DNA of 64,000 nucleotides. Origin: Desulfobacterales bacterium (GTDB taxonomy: Bacteria > Desulfobacterota > Desulfobacteria > Desulfobacterales > UBA5616). The DNA lies in contig JAWODC010000044.1 in assembly GCA_046483495.1 (NCBI GenBank), positions 1 to 64,000 on the forward strand. Direction: 5' to 3'. A model generated the notes under the pieces. It was not told the origin of the DNA, ran no database searches, and was given only the letters and a program-made list of their open reading frames with translations. The translations under genes were made by a program, and so were the position numbers. Each line of letters opens with the position of its first letter. The first letter of the stretch is position 1. Positions 1 to 8,930 of this stretch are shown here, in pieces.

Positions 1-539
1 TAGCTAATCTCGTCCAGCTTCTGGGCTTCAGGAATAAGGCGCGGGTCAGCAGTATATATACCCTCAACATCAGTATATATCTGGCATACTTCCGCCCCCA
101 GGCTGGCCGCCAGAGCTACTGCGGTAGTATCCGAGCCACCCCGCCCCAGAGTAGTAATATCCATCTCCTCGGTCACGCCCTGAAAGCCCGCCACAATGAC
201 AATATTTCCTTTCTCCAGCTCCGTAACTACCCTTTCAGCTTCAACCTTCAGAATGCGGGCCCGGCTATAGGCGGCGTCAGTGCGTATCCCTGCCTGGGCA
301 CCACTGAGGCTAATTGCCTGATAACCCATACCACGAAGCGTCATCGCCAGCAAGGTGCTGGAAACAATCTCTCCAGTAGAGAGCAGGACATCAAGCTCCC
401 GCCTATCGGGCTGCGGAGAGACCTGATAAGCCAGCTTCACTAGCTCATCGGTGGTATCCCCCATCGCCGAAACGACAACCACCACCTGGTCGCCCTTGTC
501 CCTGGCCTGGGCTATGCGCACGGCTACGTTCTTAATCCT
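1..539 (-). pseudogene. lysC: Aspartate kinase, internal fragment; lacks the N-terminal KxGGSS motif and runs off the window edge
   Basis: Manual minus-strand translation (absent from the ORF track): [33 protein letters not shown]...VIVAGFQG...[40 protein letters not shown]. Similarity stops abruptly upstream of 539. Confidence 0.9.
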
Positions 540-850
540 AACTCTCCTGGAATGGATGCCTCGAACTTGGCAGGCTTTTGAAGAATTAGTTGAGACAGGA
601 CGGTTCAGGCCATATGAAAAGGAACTTATACGGCCCGATGGGAAAAAGTGGTGGGGACTTTTTGCCGGTACACGTCTTGGCAAAAACGAAGCAATGGAAT
701 TCGTGATTGATATTACAGAACGCAAGCAGGCTGAAGAGGCATTGCAAGACAATAAAATTTTGTTAGAAAAAACATTTTACAGTCTGCTCGATTCGCTTTT
801 TATCGTGGATGCAGAAACAACCCGGATTTTAGACTGCAATTCTGCCGCTG
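540..850 (+). pseudogene. PAS/PAC domain fragment of a sensor protein
   Basis: Middle of ORF 451..918 reads [14 protein letters not shown]...[16 protein letters not shown] (PAC motif and linker), then the start of another PAS (SLLDSLFIVD...ILDCNSAA). It has no proper start or end. Confidence 0.7.
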
Positions 851-1161
851 CTGTTTCGGCAGCTTTTTTTATGGCGGCGACATGTTGTTTTTATTGTCGA
901 AAATACCGGTTGCCGTAAGCCCTCGGCTTTTATCTTGCTTTTTGCGCCTTTCCATCTATAATATATTATTGAAAAAATTAATTAGGTTCACCGATTCGAC
1001 CTTCTGCCGTTCATTAAAACAGGTGCTCATCGACCTCGGCACAACCGATTGAATCGATTCAATCACAAGCGGCGAAGGAATCGATGCGATGTAAGCCGTG
1101 AGTATCCGCGGATCAGTAACGATATGCCATAAGGATCCATCGCTGATCCAGAGAGGCCATA

Positions 1162-4131
1162 GTGTATTCACGAATGCTGTACAGCCTGCCGTTTTTTATA
1201 TCTGCCGCATCGATGGTGATCATTGCGCTTTTTATATCCCGCAGCAGGCGCATGCGCGCAACGGGGTATTTGCTTTTCCTGTGCTTGGCGGCTTCTCTCT
1301 GGGCGGCGACCGATGGACTGCTGTTTTTGGGATTCGATCTAAGCACCGACAGGGTCATACTCTACTTCCAGTACATAGGCATCATCAGCATGCCGCCTGC
1401 CGTATTGCTTTTCGTTTTATCCGCTTTCGGACATGAATCCTGGATCACACCTATCAGGCGTCGGCTGCTTATCGGTATCGCGGTTTTCTTTATGCTTCTG
1501 GTCTGGACAAATCCTCTGCATCATCTGCTGTTTGCAAAGATCTATATCGTCGATTCCGGCCCCATTCGAATGCTTGGGTTGAATCGAGGGCCGGTGTGGG
1601 GGGTTTTCATCGGATACCATTATGTGCTGTTGGCCCTGACTTGTGCTTTCCTGCTTGTCGAGATGCTTACGTCACCTTTTATTGAACGCGCTCGAGCCGG
1701 GGTGCTCCTGGCGGCGGTTTTCATCGCTTTTCTGTTCAACGCCGTCTCCGTCTCAGGCAACAGCCCCGTACCCAACGTGGACATCAGTTCCATTGCCTTT
1801 TCTCTCGTAGCGGCAATAATGGCCTGGGGGTTTTACCGCTACAATTTGCTGGACATCATGCCGGTGGCCAAGACGGAAATCTTTCGCAGATTGGAGGATG
1901 CGATCCTCGTACTGGATCATGAGAACCGGTTGGTGGACATGAATCCGGCTGCCGAGTTCCTGTTCGGCATCGGTATCGCCGAAGCACACGGCCGCAAAGC
2001 CCGACTCGTCTTGCGTGACTATCCCCGGCTTTACAAAGCGCATGAGGAAGCGCAATCGATGGATATTGTCATTCCCACGAAGGACGGGGCGCTTACCTTT
2101 GACGGCCGGATTGCGCAGATTACCGGCAAAAGAGGAGAAACGCTGGGTCGGGTAGTGACGCTCCACGACATCACGGACCGCAGCGAGCGGAATGCGGCTC
2201 AGTTTTCCGCCATTCTAAACCAAATGACCGAAGGCCTGGTGATCTTCGATACGAACGGAAACCTGCTCGACATGAATCCGGCGGCGGTCGCTATACACAG
2301 GCTGCAAAAGGCTGCAGATATTCAGATGCAGCCCGAACGCAGCGATCTGTTCGAGCTTTTCGATATGGAGCACCGATCGATTCCGATCACAGACTGGCCC
2401 GTTGCACGGGCATTGCGCGGAGAAAGCTTCGCGAATTTCGAAGTCCGGGTACGGCGTACGGACACGAAAGAGGAGTGGATCGCCACCTACGGAGGCACCC
2501 CTGTGAAGGACGCCCGAGGACGATTGATCTGCTACATCATAACGCTTCGGGACACGACGGAATACCATCGAATGCACGAGGCGTTGAGAGAAAGCGAGTC
2601 ACGCCTGAGAATGATCATGGAAAATTCCAGAGACGGTATTCATGTACTGGACCTGAAGTACGGCAGGTATACCTTCATGAGCCCCTCCGTGGAAAGGCTG
2701 ACCGGATTCACGCCTGAGGAATTAACCGTTTCGCTCGAAGAGACGGCATCCCGCATCCATCCTGAAGATCTCCCGATTATCGAGTCCAGTCTTGCGATGA
2801 TTGCGGAAGGCAAAATACCACAAAAGCCGATCGAATATCGATGGCGGGTCCGGAGCGGCGAATATCGGTGGTTCAGCGACAGCAGGGAGGGCATCCGAAA
2901 CGGCCAGGGAGAGATCGTCTCACTGGTCGGCATTATTCGTGATATTACCGAATCCAAGCAACTGGAGGAAGAGCTGCGCCGATCGCGGGATGAATTGGAG
3001 AAGCGGGTTTCTGAAAGAACGGTTCAATTGAGGAAAAGGGCCGGACAGCTTGCCGAACTCAGTTCAGAATTAACGCTTGCCGAGCAGCGTGAGCGCGATC
3101 GCATAGCGGCGATTCTGCATGATGATCTCCAGCAGTTGATGGCCGGCGCAAAGATCGGTCAGGAAACGCTGATTCCCCATTTGGATAAAAAAACCAAGCC
3201 GATCGCCGAAAGGGTTTTGTCACTTGTGGACCAGTCGATTGCCGCATCGCGCTCATTGGCTGCACAGCTTTCTCCGCCTATTCTGAAGACAGGGAACTTT
3301 TCTGCGTCAATGAAATGGCTGATCGACTGGATGTATGAAAACTACGATCTGAAAGTCGAACTTCGGGTCCAAGATGATGTGGTACTTGATCGAAGAGACC
3401 TGACGGTTCTGCTTTTCCAATCAGCGCGTGAGCTGCTGTTGAACGTTCTAAAGCACGCCGAAGTGAACACCGCCGTCATCATGGTCAAAAAGCGAAAAGA
3501 CGAGATGATCGTTACCGTCGAGGACAGCGGAAAAGGATTCGAACCCGACACTGTTTCGAAAAAAGATACGTTCGACCGGAAGTTCGGGCTGTTCAGCATA
3601 AGGGAACGATTGATGAACCTCGGCGGCCGCCTGGAAATTTCAAGTGCGCCTGCGGAAGGCACCTGCGTATCCATGATTATTCCCTACGATGAGAAGACCG
3701 CTTCGGAAAAGAAAAAACCCGAACCGGTCGGGAAAGCGGATGCGACGTCGTTTCAGGCTTCGAAATACAACGATATCAAACGTGTTTTACTGGTCGATGA
3801 TCATCCTGTGATGCGGGAAGGGCTTTCAAAAATGCTCGATTTCCATTCCGATGTCGAAGTCATCGGCGAGGCGTCCGATGGTGAGGAAGCTGTCCGGCGG
3901 GCGCGCGAGCTTATTCCGGATGTCATCCTGATGGACATCAATATGCCGAAAATGGACGGCATAAAGGCGACACGCATCATTCACTCGGAATTTCCTCACA
4001 TTCGAATTATCGCATTATCGATGTACCAGCACGACGAACATGGCGATGAAATGATACATGCCGGCGCCTCGGATTACCGCTCGAAAAGCGATGGTGTAGA
4101 CAACCTGCTTTCCGCTATTCGCGGCAAATGA
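1162..4131 (+). CDS. Hybrid sensor histidine kinase: HisKA_7TM, multiple PAS, HisKA_3/HATPase, C-terminal receiver
   Basis: Hydrophobic N-terminus with WTNPLHHL; PAS repeats (MNPAA, DIT); H-box ERDRIAAILHDDLQQ; ELLLNVLKHA, DSGKGF, FGLFSIRERL; receiver LLVDDH...ILMDINMP. Confidence 0.92.
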   Translation: MYSRMLYSLPFFISAASMVIIALFISRSRRMRATGYLLFLCLAASLWAATDGLLFLGFDLSTDRVILYFQYIGIISMPPAVLLFVLSAFGHESWITPIRRRLLIGIAVFFMLLVWTNPLHHLLFAKIYIVDSGPIRMLGLNRGPVWGVFIGYHYVLLALTCAFLLVEMLTSPFIERARAGVLLAAVFIAFLFNAVSVSGNSPVPNVDISSIAFSLVAAIMAWGFYRYNLLDIMPVAKTEIFRRLEDAILVLDHENRLVDMNPAAEFLFGIGIAEAHGRKARLVLRDYPRLYKAHEEAQSMDIVIPTKDGALTFDGRIAQITGKRGETLGRVVTLHDITDRSERNAAQFSAILNQMTEGLVIFDTNGNLLDMNPAAVAIHRLQKAADIQMQPERSDLFELFDMEHRSIPITDWPVARALRGESFANFEVRVRRTDTKEEWIATYGGTPVKDARGRLICYIITLRDTTEYHRMHEALRESESRLRMIMENSRDGIHVLDLKYGRYTFMSPSVERLTGFTPEELTVSLEETASRIHPEDLPIIESSLAMIAEGKIPQKPIEYRWRVRSGEYRWFSDSREGIRNGQGEIVSLVGIIRDITESKQLEEELRRSRDELEKRVSERTVQLRKRAGQLAELSSELTLAEQRERDRIAAILHDDLQQLMAGAKIGQETLIPHLDKKTKPIAERVLSLVDQSIAASRSLAAQLSPPILKTGNFSASMKWLIDWMYENYDLKVELRVQDDVVLDRRDLTVLLFQSARELLLNVLKHAEVNTAVIMVKKRKDEMIVTVEDSGKGFEPDTVSKKDTFDRKFGLFSIRERLMNLGGRLEISSAPAEGTCVSMIIPYDEKTASEKKKPEPVGKADATSFQASKYNDIKRVLLVDDHPVMREGLSKMLDFHSDVEVIGEASDGEEAVRRARELIPDVILMDINMPKMDGIKATRIIHSEFPHIRIIALSMYQHDEHGDEMIHAGASDYRSKSDGVDNLLSAIRGK

Positions 4132-4150
4132 GACGGTAACCTTCGAACAG

Positions 4151-4717
4151 TTGGAGCGGGCACGCGAAGCAATGCCGAGGGAGTTCGGTGAGCTTTTCAT
4201 GGAGAAAATAGCCGATCCGTTGTCCGTTACCCGCAAAGGATTATCGGAAGCGGCTGAACCATCCTCCCGGGTTGTTGAAAAAACGTCTGAAAACGACGTT
4301 TTCCGGCTTGTTACCGCGGAAGCCGAAAAAGTGATGAAACTGTTCAAGAAGTTGAGAGATACATCCGCTCATGAAGAATATAAGCGTGTTTCCTTGTTGA
4401 AGGAATCCGAGGACCGTATTCTTTTTTTGAACCGCCGGGAAGAGGAATACCTCTACCCGGTGACCGAAATCATCACCGAGGGGAATGAGCTGCTGTTTCA
4501 ATCCATGCAGGAAAACAAGAGCATTGAAAGCCTCCTGGCCGAATTGGAAAAAGCACCGAAGGACGGCCCCGATTTTGAATACAAAGTGGAAGCGCTGATC
4601 AGCGAGGTGTCCGCGCATGTAGAACGTGAAAAAAAAGAACTGTTTCCAAAGTTAAACGCCGCCATCCCCGAAGCGGAAGCGGCCATGCTGGGAGAACAAT
4701 TTTCCCGCAGACGATAA
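4151..4717 (+). CDS. Hemerythrin-fold (HHE) protein with degenerate metal ligands; start may be the ATG at 4199
   Basis: EEEYLYP and SAHVEREKKELFP motifs with helical spacing typical of HHE proteins. Confidence 0.6.
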   Translation: MERAREAMPREFGELFMEKIADPLSVTRKGLSEAAEPSSRVVEKTSENDVFRLVTAEAEKVMKLFKKLRDTSAHEEYKRVSLLKESEDRILFLNRREEEYLYPVTEIITEGNELLFQSMQENKSIESLLAELEKAPKDGPDFEYKVEALISEVSAHVEREKKELFPKLNAAIPEAEAAMLGEQFSRRR

Positions 4718-4843
4718 TCGTGATGCCACCCGCTGCTTGACAAACGATCGTCTTTGTTATACGAGGCTTGGTATGTTTTTCGGTCTTTAAGGCGGTAATA
4801 CCGAACCGTCGAGCATTGAATCCATCGATTCAAGGAGCCTTGC

Positions 4844-5083
4844 TTGCCTACCGAACACCAAAACCCCGAACCTGCGGTCCAAGCCGACCTGAAAAAACTG
4901 GCTCACGACTTCAATAATCTATTAATGGCATTATCAGGCAATCTTGCATTGGCAAAGGAAATGGTTAACCAGGAAGATCCTGTTTGCCGGTTTTTGGTAG
5001 AGGCGGATAAAGCGGCGTCGAAAACACATGAACTGGTCAATAGGTTGAGTGAACTTTCCAAGCGTCTTCAGCAGCCGGGCTGA
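4844..5083 (+). CDS. Stand-alone HisKA/DHp microprotein
   Basis: LAHDFNNLLMALSGN H-box, AAGGAG RBS at 4832-4837, TTG start, no ATPase domain. Confidence 0.65.
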   Translation: MPTEHQNPEPAVQADLKKLAHDFNNLLMALSGNLALAKEMVNQEDPVCRFLVEADKAASKTHELVNRLSELSKRLQQPG

Positions 5084-5189
5084 AGACGGGCATCAATCTG
5101 TTTTTCAATTCAACATCTCCATTCTACATAACGCAATCTCCCGATCCGAGGGTTGCCATCTCATCGAAACGCAATAGCCATACCTCGCG

Positions 5190-5245
5190 CAAATGCGGCT
5201 AAATATCGTCATTTATTAGAATTAGACGATATTTAGCCGCATTTG
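5190..5245. promoter_or_regulatory. Perfect 21-bp inverted repeat upstream of the sigma54 activator gene
   Basis: CAAATGCGGCTAAATATCGTC (5190-5210), 14-bp AT-rich spacer, GACGATATTTAGCCGCATTTG (5225-5245). Confidence 0.7.
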
Positions 5246-5311
5246 TCTTGACACCATTTTACGTTTAATATAAGCTGTATGCCCATATTGGAAAAAGGAA
5301 TATTTTAGCAC

Positions 5312-8300
5312 ATGGATACATCTCCGATCGAATTTACACCGGGGCAATGGGAATTTATTTCCATTATTAAGGCGTTTGATGAAGCCGTACCCATAAATGT
5401 GCTTGGAGAGCTGGTGCCGCTGCCCCCAGGCGAATTTTTGGATTTGTTGAAAAAAATCGAACGAATCGATTGGTTTCATCGCCTGGACAACGATTGTTTC
5501 GATTTGGATGCCGAACTTCCGAAACGGGTAGCGGAAGAGCTGGACACCATCAACGATTCGGGAAAGATCGAGCACCTGATCCGTCAGATTGATAAAAAAA
5601 AACCGGCCCTGGTGGTATCGCCGAGAGCTTACGTCGGACTTCTTGAAAAAGCCGGAAAAGAAAAGAAGGCGCTGGCTATTCGGATTGACCTGTGCATTAC
5701 GGCACTCAAGCAGGGATCCGTCGAATCTGCAAAACACCACCTTCTTCGTATCGACGATTTGGTGCGTTCCATAGGCAATGCGGTGGTTGACGAAATGTGG
5801 TTTGTACCGAAGACACTGGAACTCTCCAATCTGTGCATTCCCCGCGCCATTGGTTTGACCTTGATTCCGGCCATGCTGGAAAATCTGATTCGAAAAGTCG
5901 AAACCATCGGCGACGAACGCTCATGGGCCGTTGCAAATCTTATGCTCGGCAGGTATTACTGGGCAACCAACCGGATGAAAGACTCGGTCCGCGTTATGGC
6001 CGGAGGGAAAAAAAAGGTGGAAGAGTTGGGCGACTCCGATATGATGACGTATTCCTCCAATTACATCGGGATATACTATTTTATCCGGGGGCTTCAGAAC
6101 AAGGCGATACCCTACCTGGAAAAAGCGGTCGAGTACATGGAAAGAAACGAGGAAGGCGTTTCCTTTTTCGAGGCCCCGATTCTACTGGCCTACTGTGATG
6201 TGGATCGTGGGGAATTTCACCGGGCCATCGGCAAAATCGACTTTTTCAGACATTGTGCGCTGCGCCGGGATGACTATTTTATCGCCTCGCTGTACAGAGC
6301 CGTGCTTGGAATCCTGCTGTGGCTGGTTCGAAAGCGGAAAGAGGCTGTTTATCATCTGGAAGGGAGCCAGACCGATGCGTTGGCATCCCAAAACACGGTG
6401 GCCTACTGGACGAGTCTTTACGGACTGGCCGTGCTCTACCTGATGGATGGTGAAATCGAACAAGGGTTGCTGTTTTTGAACAAAACCATCGAACTTGCGG
6501 ATGATATAGGCATGGGGCACCAGATATTCCATTCCATATTCCTCGAAAGTTATTATCTCGCTGAAAAGTCAGGGGGGAAACTGCCCCGAAATTGGCGCTT
6601 TTCCGAACAGTTTAAAAGAATCATGGAAGAGCCCAATATTCATACCAGAGGTGCGGCTTTACGCATCGACGCTACTCGACGAATGGCCGACGGTTGTTTT
6701 GACGCCGATATTCTGAATGATCTCGAGGTCAGCGAGTCACTATTGACCACATGTAATGATCCGGTTGAATTGGCAAAAACCAAATTGGAAAAAACCCGGT
6801 ATTTCCTGAAACACCGAGATACGGCCACGGCCCGCGAACTGGCCTACGAGGCGTACCAGAAAATGTCGGGGTACAGCGAGATATATTTCCCGGATGATCT
6901 GCGGTTCCTGCTGGGGGACAGCGCTGTAACGGAAGATTTTTCCCGGCAGGATGGGGACGATATCATCGAACCATTCGTTCAAATGATGGAGGAACTGATA
7001 CCCAAACCCCAGGACTTGAGAGAACTCGACATGCTGTTGGCCGCCCTGTCGCGTTTTTTCAGGGCTGAACGCTCCGGGCTTTTTACATTCGCTCAAAAAA
7101 AGAAACACGCCTTTGAATTGCGGGCTGCAAGAAACCTGTCTCAAGCCATTGTGGAGGCTGAAAGTTTCCGCAGAAGTCTGTCTCATATTTTGAAAGCCCA
7201 TCGAACCAAAAAGCCGATTGTGATCCAGTCTCGGCAATCCAATGAAAAAGCCGCTTACAAGTCGGCATTATCCATTCTGATCCTGCCGCTGGTGATTGAA
7301 AATGAGGTCATCGGCATCCTTTATTTCGACAACTCTTACCTGGATAATTGCTTTGATTTTATAAAAACGAAGCGATTGAACAGGCTCGGTCACCACCTGA
7401 CCTCAATTGTCGAAAAATACCTCCGTTTTCCTGCGCCGCAAACGCCGATGGTCGAAATGTCGGCGGCAAAGCCCACACAGGCCGTTTTGCCGGACCGGTC
7501 CGAGTTCATTTCACGCGACCGTAAAATGATTGGATTGCTGAATCAGGCGAAAAAGCAGGCACAGACCGATGCCTCTATATTGATTCTCGGAGAAACCGGT
7601 GTAGGAAAGGACCTGCTCGCTCGATGGATTCATCGGCACAGCCTTCGCAGTCAGAGATCATTTGTCGTGGTCGATTTGACCACCATACCGGAGAATTTAA
7701 TGGAGAGTGAATTATTCGGTCATGAAAAGGGCTCTTTTACCGGTGCGGATCGGCAGAAAATCGGCAGGGTCGAACTGGCCGACAGGGGAACCCTCTTTGT
7801 CGATGAAATCGGGGAAATATCGCGTGATCTTCAGGTAAAACTTTTGCGGCTCTTGCAGGAAAAAAAGTTCCTCCGTATCGGTGGAACCAATACCCTTTTT
7901 TCGGATTTCAGGCTTATCGCCGCATCCAATCGGGATTTGACCGAGGAGATACGTGCCGGGCGGTTCCGTGAAGATCTCTATTACCGGTTGAACGTTCTGG
8001 AACTGACCATTCCCCCGCTGAGAAAACGGAAAGATGATATTCTACCCCTTGCCGAATACTATCTGGCTCACTACAAGAAAAAATACGCCAAAACGTATCT
8101 GGCCTTTACAACGGAACAAAAAGACGCCCTGGTCGGGTATCACTGGCCCGGAAATGTCCGGGAACTGAAAAACCTCATCGAGAGGGCTGTAATCGTAGCG
8201 GATAATCGAAAGCTCGAATTGATTTTTTCATTTCAAAGCGGCGCTGTCGACGAAAATCCGTTTTCAGATTTTCCGACACTGGACCAAATCCAGCGCCGCT

Positions 8301-8452
8301 ATATCCGATTCGTGCTGGAGCACACGAACGGAAGAATCGGGGGTGCCGAAGGAGCTGCAAACATTCTGGGGATGAAGCGCACAAGCGTCAATTCACGCAT
8401 GAAAAAACTAAACGTTCAAAAACCTGGAAAACGCCTTGGTATCGTCAATTAA
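5312..8452 (+). CDS. Large sigma54-dependent transcriptional activator (helical/TPR-like N-terminus, GAF, AAA+, Fis-type HTH)
   Basis: GETGVGKD Walker A, ESELFGHEKGSFTGA, LFVDEIGE, FREDLYYRLNV, WPGNVREL, C-terminal GAANILGMKRTSVNSRMKKL. Confidence 0.95.
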   Translation: MDTSPIEFTPGQWEFISIIKAFDEAVPINVLGELVPLPPGEFLDLLKKIERIDWFHRLDNDCFDLDAELPKRVAEELDTINDSGKIEHLIRQIDKKKPALVVSPRAYVGLLEKAGKEKKALAIRIDLCITALKQGSVESAKHHLLRIDDLVRSIGNAVVDEMWFVPKTLELSNLCIPRAIGLTLIPAMLENLIRKVETIGDERSWAVANLMLGRYYWATNRMKDSVRVMAGGKKKVEELGDSDMMTYSSNYIGIYYFIRGLQNKAIPYLEKAVEYMERNEEGVSFFEAPILLAYCDVDRGEFHRAIGKIDFFRHCALRRDDYFIASLYRAVLGILLWLVRKRKEAVYHLEGSQTDALASQNTVAYWTSLYGLAVLYLMDGEIEQGLLFLNKTIELADDIGMGHQIFHSIFLESYYLAEKSGGKLPRNWRFSEQFKRIMEEPNIHTRGAALRIDATRRMADGCFDADILNDLEVSESLLTTCNDPVELAKTKLEKTRYFLKHRDTATARELAYEAYQKMSGYSEIYFPDDLRFLLGDSAVTEDFSRQDGDDIIEPFVQMMEELIPKPQDLRELDMLLAALSRFFRAERSGLFTFAQKKKHAFELRAARNLSQAIVEAESFRRSLSHILKAHRTKKPIVIQSRQSNEKAAYKSALSILILPLVIENEVIGILYFDNSYLDNCFDFIKTKRLNRLGHHLTSIVEKYLRFPAPQTPMVEMSAAKPTQAVLPDRSEFISRDRKMIGLLNQAKKQAQTDASILILGETGVGKDLLARWIHRHSLRSQRSFVVVDLTTIPENLMESELFGHEKGSFTGADRQKIGRVELADRGTLFVDEIGEISRDLQVKLLRLLQEKKFLRIGGTNTLFSDFRLIAASNRDLTEEIRAGRFREDLYYRLNVLELTIPPLRKRKDDILPLAEYYLAHYKKKYAKTYLAFTTEQKDALVGYHWPGNVRELKNLIERAVIVADNRKLELIFSFQSGAVDENPFSDFPTLDQIQRRYIRFVLEHTNGRIGGAEGAANILGMKRTSVNSRMKKLNVQKPGKRLGIVN

Positions 8453-8453
8453 G

Positions 8454-8469
8454 AGACGAAATATCGTCT
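8454..8469. promoter_or_regulatory. Candidate upstream activating sequence (palindrome)
   Basis: AGACGA-AATA-TCGTCT, about 75-90 bp upstream of the -24 element; shares AAATATCGTC with the 5190-5245 repeat. Confidence 0.6.
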
Positions 8470-8540
8470 TTTTCGATGTTCTTTATTCTGCGTAAAATTT
8501 ATTTTTCATATAATTCATTTACTTATCTGAATATGTAAGA

Positions 8541-8556
8541 TTGGCACAAGGTTTGC
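8541..8556 (+). promoter_or_regulatory. Sigma54 (-24/-12) promoter of the catabolic cluster
   Basis: TTGGCAC-AAGGT-TTGC matches the TGGCAC-N5-TTGC consensus. It directly follows the activator gene and is preceded by an AT-rich, possibly IHF-binding, tract. Confidence 0.9.
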
Positions 8557-8645
8557 GTAATCTTCCATGGGAAAAGCGATAACGCCTATTGGCGGCTTGG
8601 TTAATTTCGATCAAAACATAATCAAAACATACATGGGAGGTCATT

Positions 8646-8873
8646 ATGAAAAAACTGCTGAAGGATATCGACGACTCTAAAAAAGTTTTCAAAGACATGG
8701 GAATGAATAAATGGCGTGAAGTTAATTTGCCGGCATTGAAAAAAGGGGACAGGTTCCGAGTCTACACCAAAGTCGGGCGGCCCTTAGAGTTGGGCGGCGA
8801 AGAAACGCTGGTCGCCCATTCCGATGCATATCAGGTGGACGGTGTCTGGACCATCGAGGTAAAAGCAAGCTGA
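8646..8873 (+). CDS. Small hypothetical protein, first gene after the sigma54 promoter
   Basis: GGGAGG RBS before the ATG, 75 aa, no recognised motif. Confidence 0.75.
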   Translation: MKKLLKDIDDSKKVFKDMGMNKWREVNLPALKKGDRFRVYTKVGRPLELGGEETLVAHSDAYQVDGVWTIEVKAS

Positions 8874-8930
8874 AAACATCATAACTCCGTCATCGGTTGT
8901 CGTTTTTAAATTTTTGAGAAAGGAGTCCAT

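Noticed and set aside
451..918. 155-aa ORF as a real gene
   Set aside because: Its first ~30 codons are antisense to the aspartate kinase fragment and its tail runs through a terminator-like sequence; only the middle is PAS-like.
5594..5602. A9 run in the activator as a phase-variation or frameshift site
   Set aside because: The frame is intact and A-runs from Lys codons are common throughout the window.
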